NCBI RefSeq assembly: GCF_963921235.1 | Contig: NC_086108.1 | Coordinates: forward strand, 39,310,001 to 39,374,000 | DNA length: 64,000 bases | Reading direction: 5' to 3' | DNA from: Mobula hypostoma | Lineage: Eukaryota | Shown: in pieces, positions 25,466-38,235 of the stretch | How positions within the stretch are numbered: the first letter of the stretch is position 1 | Layout: each line of letters opens with the position of its first letter | The notes under the pieces: generated by a model | Database searches by the model: none | The model's input: only the letters and a program-made list of their open reading frames with translations | Told to the model about the DNA's origin: nothing | Position numbers and translations under genes: made by a program

Positions 25466-26604
25466 GCATCCTCCTTCTAGGTTCCACCTGTTAAACAAGT
25501 CTCTTTTTCAATCTATCATAAATCATACATTTATTTCCATGTTCCTGCACACTTTCTCCAATACAGTTTAGCATTTGCTCTGCTCGTATCACAAAGGCTA
25601 CCTCAGCCTCACAAATCCTATCTTAAGCAAATATGATGTGCTATCCTTGAGTTTCCAGCAACACTTAACACAGATGTTTCTGTCATTTACTTCTGAGTTC
25701 TTTTTTCTAGCTCAGTAAATATTTTCGTGTGTGTTTATCCCTATTTGACCTGGTAAAGTCAGTGGATCTTCAAAAGCTGATTCTTAAGAACACATGATTT
25801 GGGGTTAGATGTTGGCCATTTGCACCACCATTCTTTGAGATCGTAGCTGATCTTCTATCTTGGTTCCATTTTCCAGCACTTTATTAATGGGACAAGAATG
25901 GTTCTGCAACACAAGCTTTGTTGCTTTTGGATTTCTTTTTGCCCAAAATTAGCTCCATGCTAAGAAAGAAAAGATTCAATTTAATGATAGATATGCTATA
26001 TAAAACTCAATCCAACATCACCTACACTTGATAAGTCAAATGTTGAGATACAGTTGAAAATGTGATAACATTTATTTCTTTGCTTTCAGGCTAAAAAAAA
26101 ATCAGCAACTATATATTTCAATACAAATACATACAATATAGTTCCACCTATGTTGTGGTTATATTTTAATTCACATCTTGACATAAGGGAAGGTGACATG
26201 AGAATGGCATGGATTAATTACTAATTATTGATGTGCTGCACAGCTCTTTGTACCAACTCTAAAACTTTGAAATCAAGATTGACCAATAAGGATTTGTGGA
26301 AAACTGGTGAGAATGCCCAGTAACCATGCTTGGCATATTTTACTCTAAATATGGCAAGCAAGATAATACCAAGTTTACTGCATGAGTAAGTGCTTAAACC
26401 CTCCAGTAATTTATGGCAAGGGTGATGCACCATGCCAGTCTTGAAGCACCTCTGACAGCTGGATGATTTGCACAACTCTGCTGTTAGTATCATTTCAGTG
26501 ACAGCTTGTCTTTGACTTCAGCCTGTGTTCAAAAAGTTTGTTTCCATTAGCTTAATAAATGCAAATAAAACTCTTGCAGAAAATGAAACTTATCGGAGAG
26601 ATTT

Positions 26605-26890
26605 TTTTATTGAGATATAATACAGAATGGACCCCTCCAACTCTTCAAGCCACACCGCTTAGCAATTCCCCCAGTTTAATCCTAGCCTAATCATGGGGTA
26701 ATTTACAATATCCAATTAATCTACCAGCCTATAGGTCTTTAGACAGTAGGAGGAAACCAGAGCACCCAGAAGAAACCTATGCAGTCACGGGGAGAATGTA
26801 CAAACTCCTTGGAGGCAGCAGTGGGAATTGAACCCAGGTCACCTGTACTGTAAAGTGATGTGCAAACTATCTGGCTACCAAGCCGCCCTA
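26605..26890 (-). mobile_element. V-domain SINE
   Basis: ggaggaaaccagagcacccagaagaaacc...gggagaatgtacaaactcc...aattgaacccagg. Confidence 0.75.
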
Positions 26891-28719
26891 CTTCCTGCAA
26901 TGCCATGCAAAGCCCTGCAGTTCAGCAAAACACATTTAAAATTACAAACTCTCCCCCCACTGGTGTAAATTGGTCTTGAACATTTTTTGCATTTTAAACT
27001 TCTCTTTCTGTTGATAATGTGACTTTATTTCACCCTAATTTCATTTCTCGGATTATTTCCTGATACCTCAAGCGTATTTGTAAAGGTGATTGCTATTTGA
27101 CCCCATCATTCCTCAAGATCCCATCTGCAGTATATTATCAGCTAGCACTTGCAACTATTTACAGCATACAAGATATCTGGGCTGATTGATGAATTGGAAA
27201 TCTGACTACCAGGGCATGCTGCAAGATGCTCTCTTCCAGCAAATTCATGCCCCTTACTCTAAAAATGGAAAAGAGTGAGAGCATATGTTCATGAAACGGA
27301 GTCAGCGTTCAAAGGATGTGTGCAAGTTTGAAACAGAATAAAGACAACAAGGATGTGAGGTATGGGAAAGGAATGCTATAAAGTTTTTTAAAATTGTATT
27401 TATACGTGAATATAATGGGCTGAGTGAACGAGAAGGGGCAGAGTGCCCTCTTTCAGTGTGGTTTTGTGAAAGAAAGGGGGAAGGTGGAAAGAGGAACACA
27501 CATGCAGAGTGACAGGAAGGAAGAAACTACATATGCAACAATTCACACACGAGCATCCTCCAGTCCTCCTCACTACAATTGAACAGAAGCAAGCCATTTT
27601 GACCCTGAGGGAGAGCAGAAGTGCATGATAGACTATCAGGCTGCGAGTGCCTATAAGAGGCCGAGAGAATGAACGCATAACCATGAGAGGCAAAAAAAAA
27701 AGAGCAAGTGTCCCTGTTGGAAAGAAAGTTAAAAACGAAAGTGTACAAGCCAGGAAGATAGAGGGACAGAGAAAGCTGAAGTAATAAAGAGATTAATGAG
27801 GGAAGCTGAGACAAGAGAATTGCACGGGAGGAGCATAACAAGAGAACAAGTGCCGGAGACCAAGCATGCACCTGAAGGAGATGAGTGAAAAACGTGCACA
27901 AGCCAAGTCTCAATCACTTTCCTTCTCACATACAGTGTAAATACACAGTGGGTGCAAGCAGAAAAGGCTCCAGTCTCATTTTGAGAAACCCAGAAAATTA
28001 AAATATATAAAAATAAAGAGAGCACGAGTGAGGTTTGAAATATTATCATTCGCCTCCTCCACATTATGAGACTCGTGCATTTTCTTTGCCATGGGGAAAC
28101 TGAAAGCTGCGATAATTGAAAGAATTAGTCTAGCATGTTTGCTTTTCTCAATTACCAAACAGATTCCTACATAAAAATAAGGGCTGCCAAAACAGATCCA
28201 TTCAGAATGTTGTACAAGTCATTATTTTAGAATCATGTATTCCAATCCATTGTTATTTCCCATCATCATGAAGATTTTTGCTGCCACTTAAAATATTAAC
28301 AACTGAGCAGCAGAGGCTTTTGTTGATCACCATCTGAATTTTTCATAAGTTATTCATTTAATTATTCCACTACTGGCAGACGTGTCTTCAGCCGTTAATG
28401 CCCAAATCTCTGGAATTCCCTACCAAAAGCTTTTTATCTCTCTTTTTTAATTTGTCCAACTTTAAACCTGTATCTTTTAACAAGGCTTGTGGCATTCACG
28501 GTAGTATGCAGCTCGGTAGCAATTTTTGTATTTTGATGTTGCTGCATTTTAAATTAGATGTTAAATACAATACAATTGTTCACAAGGGTGGGGTGAGGGC
28601 CATTTACAACACTGGTTTGGGACTTGATGTCTTGAATTTTGAACAAATTTATGGAAAGTGGAGGAGGGAAAGTGCACAATGAAATCTCAAAATATCAACG
28701 GGATATAGATATATAGACA

Positions 28720-29751
28720 ACACACATCAAAGTTGCTGGTGAACGCAGCAGGCCAAGCAGCATCTGTAGGAAGAGGTGCAGTCGACGTTTCAGGCCGAGA
28801 CTCTTCGTCAGGACTAACTGAAGGAAGAGTGAGTAAGGGATTTGAAAGTTGGGGGGGGAGGGGGAGATCCAAAATGCTAGGAGAAGACAGGAGGGGGAGG
28901 GATAGAGCCAAGATCTGGACAGGGGACAGGGGATACGAGAGGATCATGGGACAGGAGGTCCGGGAAGAAAGACAAGGGGGGGCGGTGGACCCAGAGGATG
29001 GGCAAGAGGTATATTCAGAGGGACAGAGGGAGAAAAAGGAGAGTGAGAGAAAGAATGTGTGCATAAAAATGAGTAACAGATGGGGTACGAGGGGGAGGTG
29101 GGGCCTTAGCGGAAGTTAGAGAAGTAGATGTTCATGCCATCAGGTTGGAGGCTACCCAGACGGAATATAAGGTGTTGTTCCTCCAACCTGAGTGTGGCTT
29201 CATCTTTACAGTAGAGGAGGCCGTGGATAGACATGTCAGAATGGGATGTGGAATTAAAAATATATCCCGTCTGGGTAGCCTCCAACCTGATGGCATGAAC
29301 ATCGACTTCTCTAACTTCCGCTAAGGCCCCACCTCCCCCTCGTACCCCATCTGTTACTCATTTTTATGCACACATTCTTTCTCTCACTCTCCTTTTTCTC
29401 CCTCTGTCCCTTTGAATATACCTCTTGCCCATCCTCTGGGTCCCCCCCCCCTTGTCTTTCTTCCCGGACCTCCTGTCCCATGATCCTCTCGTATCCCCTT
29501 TTGCCTATCACCTGTCCAGCTCTTGGCTCTATCCCTCCCCCTCCTGTCTTCTATCATTTTGGATCTCCCCCTCCCCCTCCAACTTTCAAATCCCTTACTC
29601 ACTCTTCCTTCAGTTAGTCCTGACGAAGGGTCTTGGCCTAAAACGTCGACTGCACCTCTTCCTACAGATGCTTGGCCTGCTGCGTTCACCAACAACTTTG
29701 ATGTGTGTTGCTTGAATTTCCAGCATCTGCAGAATTCCTGTTGTTTGCTTT
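28720..29751. mobile_element. 1-kb inverted-repeat PLE insertion (two pLTR arms)
   Basis: Minus arm 28720-~29259 and plus arm ~29261-29751; 14-bp TSD tagatatatagaca (28706-28719 and 29752-29765); hammerhead motifs at 28780-28815 (-) and 29616-29651 (+, GAAA>AAAA). Confidence 0.93.
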
Positions 29752-29904
29752 TAGATATATAGACAGTTGTGTTCCCCAGTGGACTGATAAGTGTTACTAT
29801 ATATTTCCTTAGAAGGAACCCATGTGGTCCATCATGTTTCTGTGAGCTCACAGTGTAATTTCATCCCTCCTCTAATTTTTCCTGTAAACTTTTTCTACAG
29901 AACA

Positions 29905-30090
29905 TTTCAGAGACCAATTAATTGACCAAATTTCAGAGAGCAACTAATTGACCGCACATCTTTGGGATGTGAGAGAGAAATGGGACACCCAAGGTAGACA
30001 TTGGTGGAATGTGCAGTACTGGAGGTCAGGATTAAACTGGGATAGGTGGAGCAATGAGGCAGCAGCTCTACTAGCTGCCCCTCGGTGACA
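29905..30090 (-). mobile_element. Degenerate V-domain SINE
   Basis: catctttgggatgtgagagagaaatgggacaccc...ggaggtcaggattaaactggg. Confidence 0.6.
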
Positions 30091-30109
30091 TTGAGTCTTA
30101 CCTCTCGAG

Positions 30110-30193
30110 CAGGGGTTCCCCACATGGGGCCCGAAGAACCCCTTGCTCAATGACATTGCTCCCATGGCATAAAAAAAAGGTCGGGAACCCCTG
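30110..30193. mobile_element. ~84-bp hAT-type MITE
   Basis: TIRs CAGGGGTTCCC...GGGAACCCCTG; imperfect 8-bp TSD ctctcgag/ctctcgga. Confidence 0.75.
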
Positions 30194-30804
30194 CTCTCGG
30201 ACTTATCAGAATACTAAATTTTAACAGACATTTTTGCAATGCTGGGGAATATTAAAAGTAGAAGTTGCTATGCTGATTTGTGATGTGATAATAATTCAAA
30301 CACGGGAACTTTTATTTCTGACTTCACTCTATAAATTATGAAGTGAAATTTGATACGAACTTCATCTGAGGAAGTAAAAGCCCTTCTAATTTCTATTCAC
30401 ACTCATGAAAGTCTGAGTATACAGCATTTAATATTTCTACAATATCTTCAATGTGCCATATTCAAAAGGGGAAATGTCCATTTATAAATCTACATTGCCA
30501 TTCCATAATGAGGAATAAATTTCGCTCAAAAGATTAAACGGTACCATTCAGCACTCAGAACCAACCACTGTATCAACGTTAAGTGCAATAAACCAATGAA
30601 CATGAAAGCAAGGACATTCTATCGCAAAAGAACAGTTACTGTGTAAAAACCACATACAGAAACCAATTACAAAGCCTGATGATCTATGGTAGATTTGTTC
30701 TTTTTTCAAGAGCAACATGTGATCAAGAATCATTCTCAGAAGCAATCCACCCAAGTGTAATTGTTACTATTACATAGATTTCATATGTAAATATTCTATC
30801 CTTG

Positions 30805-31947
30805 TAGAAACATAGAAAATAGGTGCAGGAGTAGGCCATTCGGCCCTTTGAGCCTGCACCGCCATTCAGTATGATCATGGCTGATCATCCAACTCAGAAC
30901 CCCGCCCCAGCCTTCCCTCCATACACCCTGACCCCCGTAGCCACAAGGGCCATATCTAACTCCCTCTTAAACATAGCCAATGAACTGGCCTCAATTGTTT
31001 CCTGTGGCAGAGAATTCCACAGATTCACCACTCTCTGTGTGAAGAAGTTTTTCCTAATCTCGGTCCTAAAAGGCTTCCCCTCTATCCTCAAACTGTGGCC
31101 CCTCGTTCTGGATTTCCCCAACATCGGGAACAATCTTCCTGCATCTAGCCTGTCCAATCCCTTTAGGATCTTATACGTTTCAATCAGATCCCCCTCAATC
31201 TTCTAAATTCCAACGAGTACAAGCCCAGTTCATCCAGTCTTTCTTCATATGAAAGTCCTGCCATCCCAGGAATCAATCTGGTGAACCTTCTTTGTACTCC
31301 CTCTAAGGCAAGGATGTCTTTCCTCAGATTAGGGGACCAAAACTGCACACAATACTCCAGGTGTGGTCTCACCAAGGCCTTGTACAACTGCAGTAGTACC
31401 TCCCTGCTCCTGTACTCGAATCCTCTTGCTATAAATGTCAGCATACCATTCGCCTTTTTCACCGCCTGCTGTACCTGCATGCCCACTTTCAATGATTGGT
31501 GTATAATGACACCCAGGTCTCGTTGCACCTCCCCTTTTCCTAATCGGCCACCATTCAGATAATAATCTGTTTTCCTATTTTTGCCACCAAAGTGGATAAC
31601 TTCACATTTATCCACATTAAATTGCATCTGCCATGAATTTGCCCACTCACCCAACCTATCCAAGTCACCCTGCATCCTCTTAGCATCCTCCTCACAGCTA
31701 ACACTGCCACCCAGCTTCGTGTCATCTGCAAACTTGGAGATGCTGCATTTAATTCCCTCATCCAAGTCATTAATATATATTGTAAACAACTGGGGTCCCA
31801 GCACTGAGCCTTGCGGTACCCCACTAGTCACCACCTGCCATTCTGAAAAGGTCCCGTTTATTCCCACTCTTTGCTTCCTGTCTGCTAACCAATTCTCCAC
31901 CCACACCAATACCATGTGCTTTAAGTTTGCACACTAATCTCCTGTGT
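30805..31947 (-). mobile_element. Young 5'-truncated CR1 LINE (RT C-terminus)
   Basis: 243-aa open frame with SGVPQGSVLGPQLF, KFADDTKL and LVRPHLEYCVQFW; (tagaaaca) tail at 30805. Confidence 0.95.
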
Positions 31948-32149
31948 ACATACATAATCATCACACAAAATGCTTGCATTTTCTTAGAATACTAGCAGTT
32001 TCATTACAAGATCTCCAAAGGAGAGTGTAACAATGCAAAGTCTTCTGGCTAAAATTTAGAACGTAAAGCAATACAAAAATTCTCAGCCTTTGCAGAATTG
32101 CAATAATACAAATAGGAAGCATTTTCATTTATACAGCATACATTATGCT

Positions 32150-32285
32150 TTATGGTCAGGGCATCAATGGATAAGGTGAGAGGGCATGTGTATGGGGTTG
32201 AATGGGATCCAGGATCAGCCATGATGAAATGGCGGAGGAGACTCGATGGGCTGAATGCTCGATGCTCCAATGTCTTATAGTCTTA
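32150..32285 (+). mobile_element. Short CR1 3' tail fragment
   Basis: ggggttgaatgggatccaggatcagccatgatgaaatggcggaggagactcgatgggctgaa matches the CR1 3' ends in this window. Confidence 0.7.
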
Positions 32286-32790
32286 TTAACTATCTCACAG
32301 AGTGAGGCAGCAGGTCAAAGCATTCGATAAAGTGGGTGGCTTGTTTTGATCAAAAGCATTAAATCAGGACTGAAGTCAATTATATATCATGCACTTGAAT
32401 AGGACTAAGGGCAATTATATCATGAATTTTAGTGGATTCAGTCACTTCCCGGGTAATCTTCAAAGACAAAGACGGGAATATATTTCCGTTAAAATTAAAA
32501 CTTATTTCAATTTTTTTTTAGATGATGGAAGCACTAAGAATTTTTTCTAACTGTTAAATACTTTTCATTGCGATGCTCACAACATTAAATCATAGAGAGG
32601 ATAGAAAATTGGACATAGAAATTAGTAGCATAAAGTAGTTTGTTATCTTTTAAGATTCTTTTAAAATATGCTCATTTTAAATGGTGCTTCTTGCCAGCAT
32701 CATCTGAAAACATGTGTGCAGTATATTCCTACTTCTCAAAATTTCTCTTGAGCTGGCTGTAAATTTTCAGGCAGTTAGCCTCATAATTAA

Positions 32791-34211
32791 CAAACAAGAG
32801 AAAACCTGCCGATGTTGGAAATCAGAGCAACACACACAAAATGCCAGAGGACCTCGGCAGGCCAGGCAGCATCTATGGAAAAGAGTACCGACAACATTTC
32901 GGGATGGGACCCTTCATCAGGAATGGAGAAAAAAAGATGAGGTCAGAGTAAGAAAGTTTGTGGGGGGGGGGGTGAGGAAGAACCACAAGGTGATAGGTGA
33001 AACCAGGAGAAGTGGGGAGGTGTGATGTAAGGAGCTGTGAAGTTGATTGGTGAAAGGGCTGGAGAAGGGGGAATGATAAGAGAGGACAGAAGGCCATGGA
33101 AGAAAGAAAAGTGGGGAGGACCTCCGGAGGGAGACGATGGGCAGGCAAGGAGATAAGGTGAGAGAGGGAAATGGGAATGGGAAATGGTGAAGGGGGTTGA
33201 GGGCATTACCTGAAGTTCTAGAAATCAATGTTCATGCCATCAGGTTGGAGGCTGCCCTCACCCCATCCTCCTGCCATTCCACCAGGGATAGAGTTTCTCT
33301 TCCTCTTGTCCTCACCTATGACCCCATTAGCCTCAGCGTCCAGCACATAATTCTTCATAAATTCCGCCATCGCCAGCGGGATCCCACCACCAAGCACATC
33401 TTTCCCTCCCCTCCACCACTTTCTGCTTTCTGCAGGGATCACTCCCTACACGACTCCCTTGTCCGTTTGTTCCCTCCCCACTGCTCTCCCTCCTGGCACT
33501 TATCCTTGCAAGCGGAACAGTGCTACTCCTGTCTCTACACTTCCATCCTCACTACCATTCAGAGCCCCATTGTTGAGACCTGATGCAGATTGGAAGTCTG
33601 CTTCTCCAAGCACTTATGCTCTGTCTGCCAGAAAAAGCAGGATCTCTCAGTGACCACCCATTTTAATTCACCTTCCCAGTCCCAATCCAACATGTCAGTC
33701 CATAGCCTCTTCTACTGCCGTGATGAAGCAACACTCAGGTTGGAGGAGCAACATCTTATATTTTTTCTGGGTAGCCCCCAGCCTGATGGCATATACATCG
33801 ATTTCTAGAACTTCAAGTAATGCACCCCCTCCACCATTCCCCATTCCCATTTCCCTCTCTCACCTTATCTCGTACCTGCCTGTCACCTCCCTCTGGTGCT
33901 TCTCTCCTTTTCTTTCTTCCATGGCCTTCCATCCTCTTGCATCAGATTCCCCCCTTCTCCAGCCCTGTATCTCTTTCACCAATCGACTTCCCAGCTCTTT
34001 ACTTCTTCCTTTCAGCACCCCCCCCCCAACTTCCCAGTTTTATCTTCACCTTGTGGTTCTTCCTCCCCTCCCCCTGCTTTCTTACTCTGACTCCGCATCT
34101 TTTTTTCCAGTCCTGATGAAGGGTCTCAGCCCAAAACACTGACTGTACTCTTCCCATAGATGCCTCCTGGTCTGCTGAGTTCCTCCAGCATGTTGTGTGT
34201 GTTGCTTGGGT
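32791..34211. mobile_element. Older inverted-repeat PLE insertion
   Basis: Minus pLTR 32791-~33255 joined through ctgccc microhomology to a plus GIY-YIG+pLTR; 11-bp TSD ctcataattaa (32780-32790 and 34212-34222); decayed hammerheads at ~32890 and ~34110. Confidence 0.88.
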
Positions 34212-34249
34212 CTCATAATTAATTCTATATGACTACCAATACCTTCCAA

Positions 34250-35355
34250 TCAAATATTGGGAACACATTTGTCTCTACCTCCATCAGTTCCACATTCTAT
34301 GTTTTAAGACTTCTTCACTTTACCTTTAGAGCCTAATTCAACTGACATCCATCTATCTCCTGAGCCATTTTCAATGCTGAACAAGGAATTTACAAACTTG
34401 GTATCTTAACATAGTCAACCAATAGCTTATCTACTACAACCAAACTGTTGCAGCATGGTTAGAAAACTGTCATCAACCCTGCTCTCAGATTCACATAGAC
34501 CATTTATGAACTTCCCTCCTTTTCTGGATCTCACTGTCTCCATCTCAGGAGTCAAACTATCCACTGATATTCACTATAAGCCCACAGACTCCCACTGGTA
34601 CTTAGAATATCCTTCAAATCTTCTTTTGTCCAGATTCTATTCCTTTCTCTCAGTTACCCTGATTCTACTCCATCTACTTTCAAGATGAGGTTTTCTGTTC
34701 CAGGATATTTGAAATGTCCTCCTTTGTCAGGAAGAGTGGCTTCCTTCCTGTTGTGCTTCATGGAGCCTGATCTCATGGCTCCTCTGTTTCTTATACTTCA
34801 GCTCCCGCTCTGCCTCCTCCCAGTCCGAACAGAGATAGGGTTCCCCTAGTCCTTACCTGCACCCGATGAGTCTGAACATCCTTCATCATTATTTACTGGC
34901 TGCAATATGATCCCATCACTGGTCACATCTTCTCTTCCCCATCCCTTTCTGCTTTCCACAGGAACCACTGTCTCTGTGACTACCTTACCCGCTCACCTGT
35001 CCACACCATTGCTCCTTGATCCCTGGCACTTTCTCCTGCCCTTGCAGTAGATGCAACACTTGTCCCTACACCACCTCCCTCAGGACCATTCAGGGACCTA
35101 AACACATGCAGCTCCTTCAACCTTCTTTACTGCATTTGATGCTGCTGATGTGACCTCCTCTACACTGGCAAGACCAAACACAGCCTCAATGACAGTTTTG
35201 CAGAACACCACCGCACGTTCTGTGGTGCCTATCACAAGCTCCCAGTAGCTGACCACTTCAACAGCCCTCCCCATTCCCACACTGAACTGTCCATCCTCAG
35301 CCTTCTCTACTGCCAGGATAAAGCCGGATGCAAACTTCAGGAGCAACACTTTAAA
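34250..35355 (+). mobile_element. Highly decayed PLE (RT to GIY-YIG)
   Basis: PFLDLTVSISGVKLSTDIHYKPTDSH; DNA similarity to the younger PLEs. Confidence 0.75.
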
Positions 35356-35359
35356 GGTA

Positions 35360-35780
35360 TCCCTCCCCCAACCTTTTATTCTTTTTTCCCTCTTCCACCC
35401 CCTTCCACTCTTCTCCTCTAATCCTCCCATTTTTGTTCCCATTTCCACCCTCCTCTAGCTCCCCTTTCCCCATCTTTATCCCCTTTCCCCTTCTATATCC
35501 CCTTTCCCCTTCTATCATCCATTAACATCACACGCAGGATTTCCCCCTTTCAGCCCCACCTCCCAACTGGTTCCAACTGTTGTCCACCTCTCCCTCCTCT
35601 CCAAATGGTTCGCATTCTCACCTTCTTTACTTATCAGAATCCAGCATTTGTGTTCCTGCTTATCTCCCTCCAGTAGCCAACCCCCATCTTCACACTCCCC
35701 TCCTCTCACTCTACGCCATCTGTTGTTTTTTTCCTTCTTTTTCTTCTTTTTCTCTCTCTCCCTCTCCCTCTCTCTCTATG
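35360..35780. repeat. Polypyrimidine / low-complexity tract
   Basis: Three ~19-nt units of (t)cccctttccccttctata at 35461-35515; CT-rich throughout; probably a decayed pLTR. Confidence 0.6.
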
Positions 35781-35824
35781 CCAGCATGCAGACAACATTC
35801 AGGAATAATCTGAATTCTTTTTTT

Positions 35825-36560
35825 TAAATTAGTTTTTGGATCTGGATGTCACTGGCAAGGTCAGCGTGTATTCCACTTCCCCAATTGCCCTTAATCCTCC
35901 TCAGCGCCTCTAGTGTCGGTACTCTCACAATGTTGTTGGTAACTGAAGCCCAGGATTTAGACCCAAGAATGACGAAGGACCAGTGATAGATTTCCAGATA
36001 AGGATGATGAGCAACTTGGGAGGGGAGCAGGCAGATGGTCTCATTCCCAAGCTCCTGTAGCCTGAGTTCTTTCCAGTGGAAAGTTTCCACGTTTGGGATT
36101 AATATCTGATTAGCCAAGGCAAGTAAATTAAGTTCATATTGTGAATGGGACAGAGTGTAAACATTGTTCATTGGCAGTAGGGGGAATGATACTTTGAAAT
36201 GATTAGTTAGGTGCGGCTTGTCCTGGGTGGTGTCTAACTGATCAATGGCAAGTAACATTCATTCCACAAAAATACAAGGAAATGACCATACATCTGAGAA
36301 CTGAGTCCCTAACCATCTTCCCGTGACATTCAATAACATTGCCATTGCCAAGACCCCACTGTCAATATCCTCAGGGTTATTACTGACCAGAAACTCAGCT
36401 AAATCGGCCACATAAATACTGTGGCTACAAGAGCGGGTCAAATGTGAGCTGCTCTGCAGTAAGTGATTGACTTCCTGATTCCCCAGACCTTTCCACCATC
36501 TACTTGGCACAATTCAGCAGAGTAATGGAATATTCCCCAGTCATACTTGTCTGTGAGATT
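35825..36560. mobile_element. Old LINE fragments
   Basis: Left part is inversely similar to the 23600-24200 tail; right part has RT-like aatatcctcagggttattactgaccagaaactcagc. Confidence 0.5.
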
Positions 36561-36684
36561 GTAACGAGGGTTTGTCAATAAGATCTCCCTGAGGTGAATT
36601 AAGAGAAATCCTCAAAGGGAAGGGAGGAATCAGAAAAGGACCATCAGAAGGTGAATCTGGGCACAGGTAAAACACAACAATCTT

Positions 36685-36990
36685 TTATTTATTTATTTGG
36701 CGATACCACACAGGGTATGCCTTTCCGGCCCTTCGAGCCACACCACCAACAACCCCTGACAACCCTGATTTGACCCCAACCTAGTCGCAGGACAATTTAC
36801 AGTGACCAGTTAATCTACCCACATGGAACATCTTTGGACTGTGGGAGGAATCTGGAGGACCCAGAAAAAACCCAAGCATTCCACAGGGAGAATGTACAGA
36901 CTCCTTACAGAGGATGCCGGCATTGAACTCTGACGGCCCGAGCTGTAATCATGTTGTGCTAACCACTAATCTACTGTGACACCCACCGTA
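36685..36990 (-). mobile_element. V-domain SINE
   Basis: ctttggactgtgggaggaatctggaggaccc...gggagaatgtacagactccttacag; (ttta)n tail. Confidence 0.8.
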
Positions 36991-37019
36991 CCATGACATT
37001 TGTATGTTGCAGCGCCAAT

Positions 37020-37660
37020 AATGTCAGACTGGGGGAAAGAAAAATTTAAGGAAGTGTGTCTGTATGGGAATGAAGCAATAACCATTCCCGCAAGTAGGAG
37101 AGACATACTGCGTCTTAGGCCCAACAAATTCCCTTAGCTACAGCTCTGTTCTGGGGGAAAGAAAGGCAGTTGTTATTGAAAGAGAGATTGTTCAATGCGA
37201 AGACCAAGTTAGCCAGGCTACTGAGTGTGCTGGTGGAGGGGAGCTCATTAGACCTTTGTTCAAGTATCAAGTGGAAAATACTTGGTATAGGATGGAGATG
37301 TAGGGATATTGTAAGTTCATGGTGAAGATGAGCCAGTTGGGACTAGATAGAGTCAAGGAAGAAAGAGCGAAGTTCAGTTTTGTAAGAGCAGGTTGAAGCA
37401 ATGGGTCTATCCATAGAGTCCGGAATGTAGATCTTGGGCACGAGGTAGAAAGTGGACAGTATGGAGTTGGGACACCATAAAGTTTGAGATTGTGGAAAGA
37501 AGCTCTCATGAGGAATGAAATAGTTGGTTGTCTGCAGGAGGTCAAGAGCTTAGTATAACAAAATTGTCGTTCAGAAGAAAACATGAGGAGGTCTCTGGGA
37601 AGTGATCTTTGACCTCTGTGAGATAGAGGTCAGTTTAAGAAACCACTATAACAACAGCCT
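37020..37660 (-). mobile_element. Highly decayed PLE RT fragment
   Basis: IFTMNLQYPYISI resembles IFTMDVQSLYTSI of the PLE at 21349-21714. Confidence 0.55.
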
Positions 37661-37969
37661 GTCTGCCAGTGGATTTAATGGCAATATTAGGAATGAAAGG
37701 AAATTCAGAAAAGGGTGTGGAAGGGGACTGGAAAATTCGAGATGGTCAATGTAATGTTTGCATTTTACACTTAATAGGAGAGGATAAGAGGCCAAAAGGA
37801 GTGGTCCAAGATTTTGAATATTGGAGATTGGAGATTGAATAGCTAGAATAGCAAGACCTGAGAAAGACAATGCATTAATTCTCAGGTCCCATCAGAATTA
37901 ATCAGGTCAAACATGAACGACAAAGAGTAAATAACTTGATTGAATCTAATTTCTAGGGTCAAAAGGACT

Positions 37970-38235
37970 GTGGGCGTTATTACAGCTCGGCGTTCCGGAG
38001 TTTGGAGCTCAATTCCAGGGCCATTCTGTAAGGAGTCTCCATGTGGAATACGCATGTTAGGTCCTCTGGTTTCCTCCTACAGTCCAAAGATGTACTGGGT
38101 AGGTTAACTGGTCATTGTAAATGATCCTGTGATTAGGTTAGGGTTAATCGGGTTTGGCGCAGTTTGCTGGGGCAGCGTGACTTGGAGGGCCGGAAGGACC
38201 TACTTTGTGCCGTATCGCTAAATAAGCAAATAAAT
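37970..38235 (+). mobile_element. V-domain SINE
   Basis: ctgtaaggagtctcc...tttcctcctacagtccaaagatgtactgggtaggttaactggtcattgtaaa. Confidence 0.75.
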
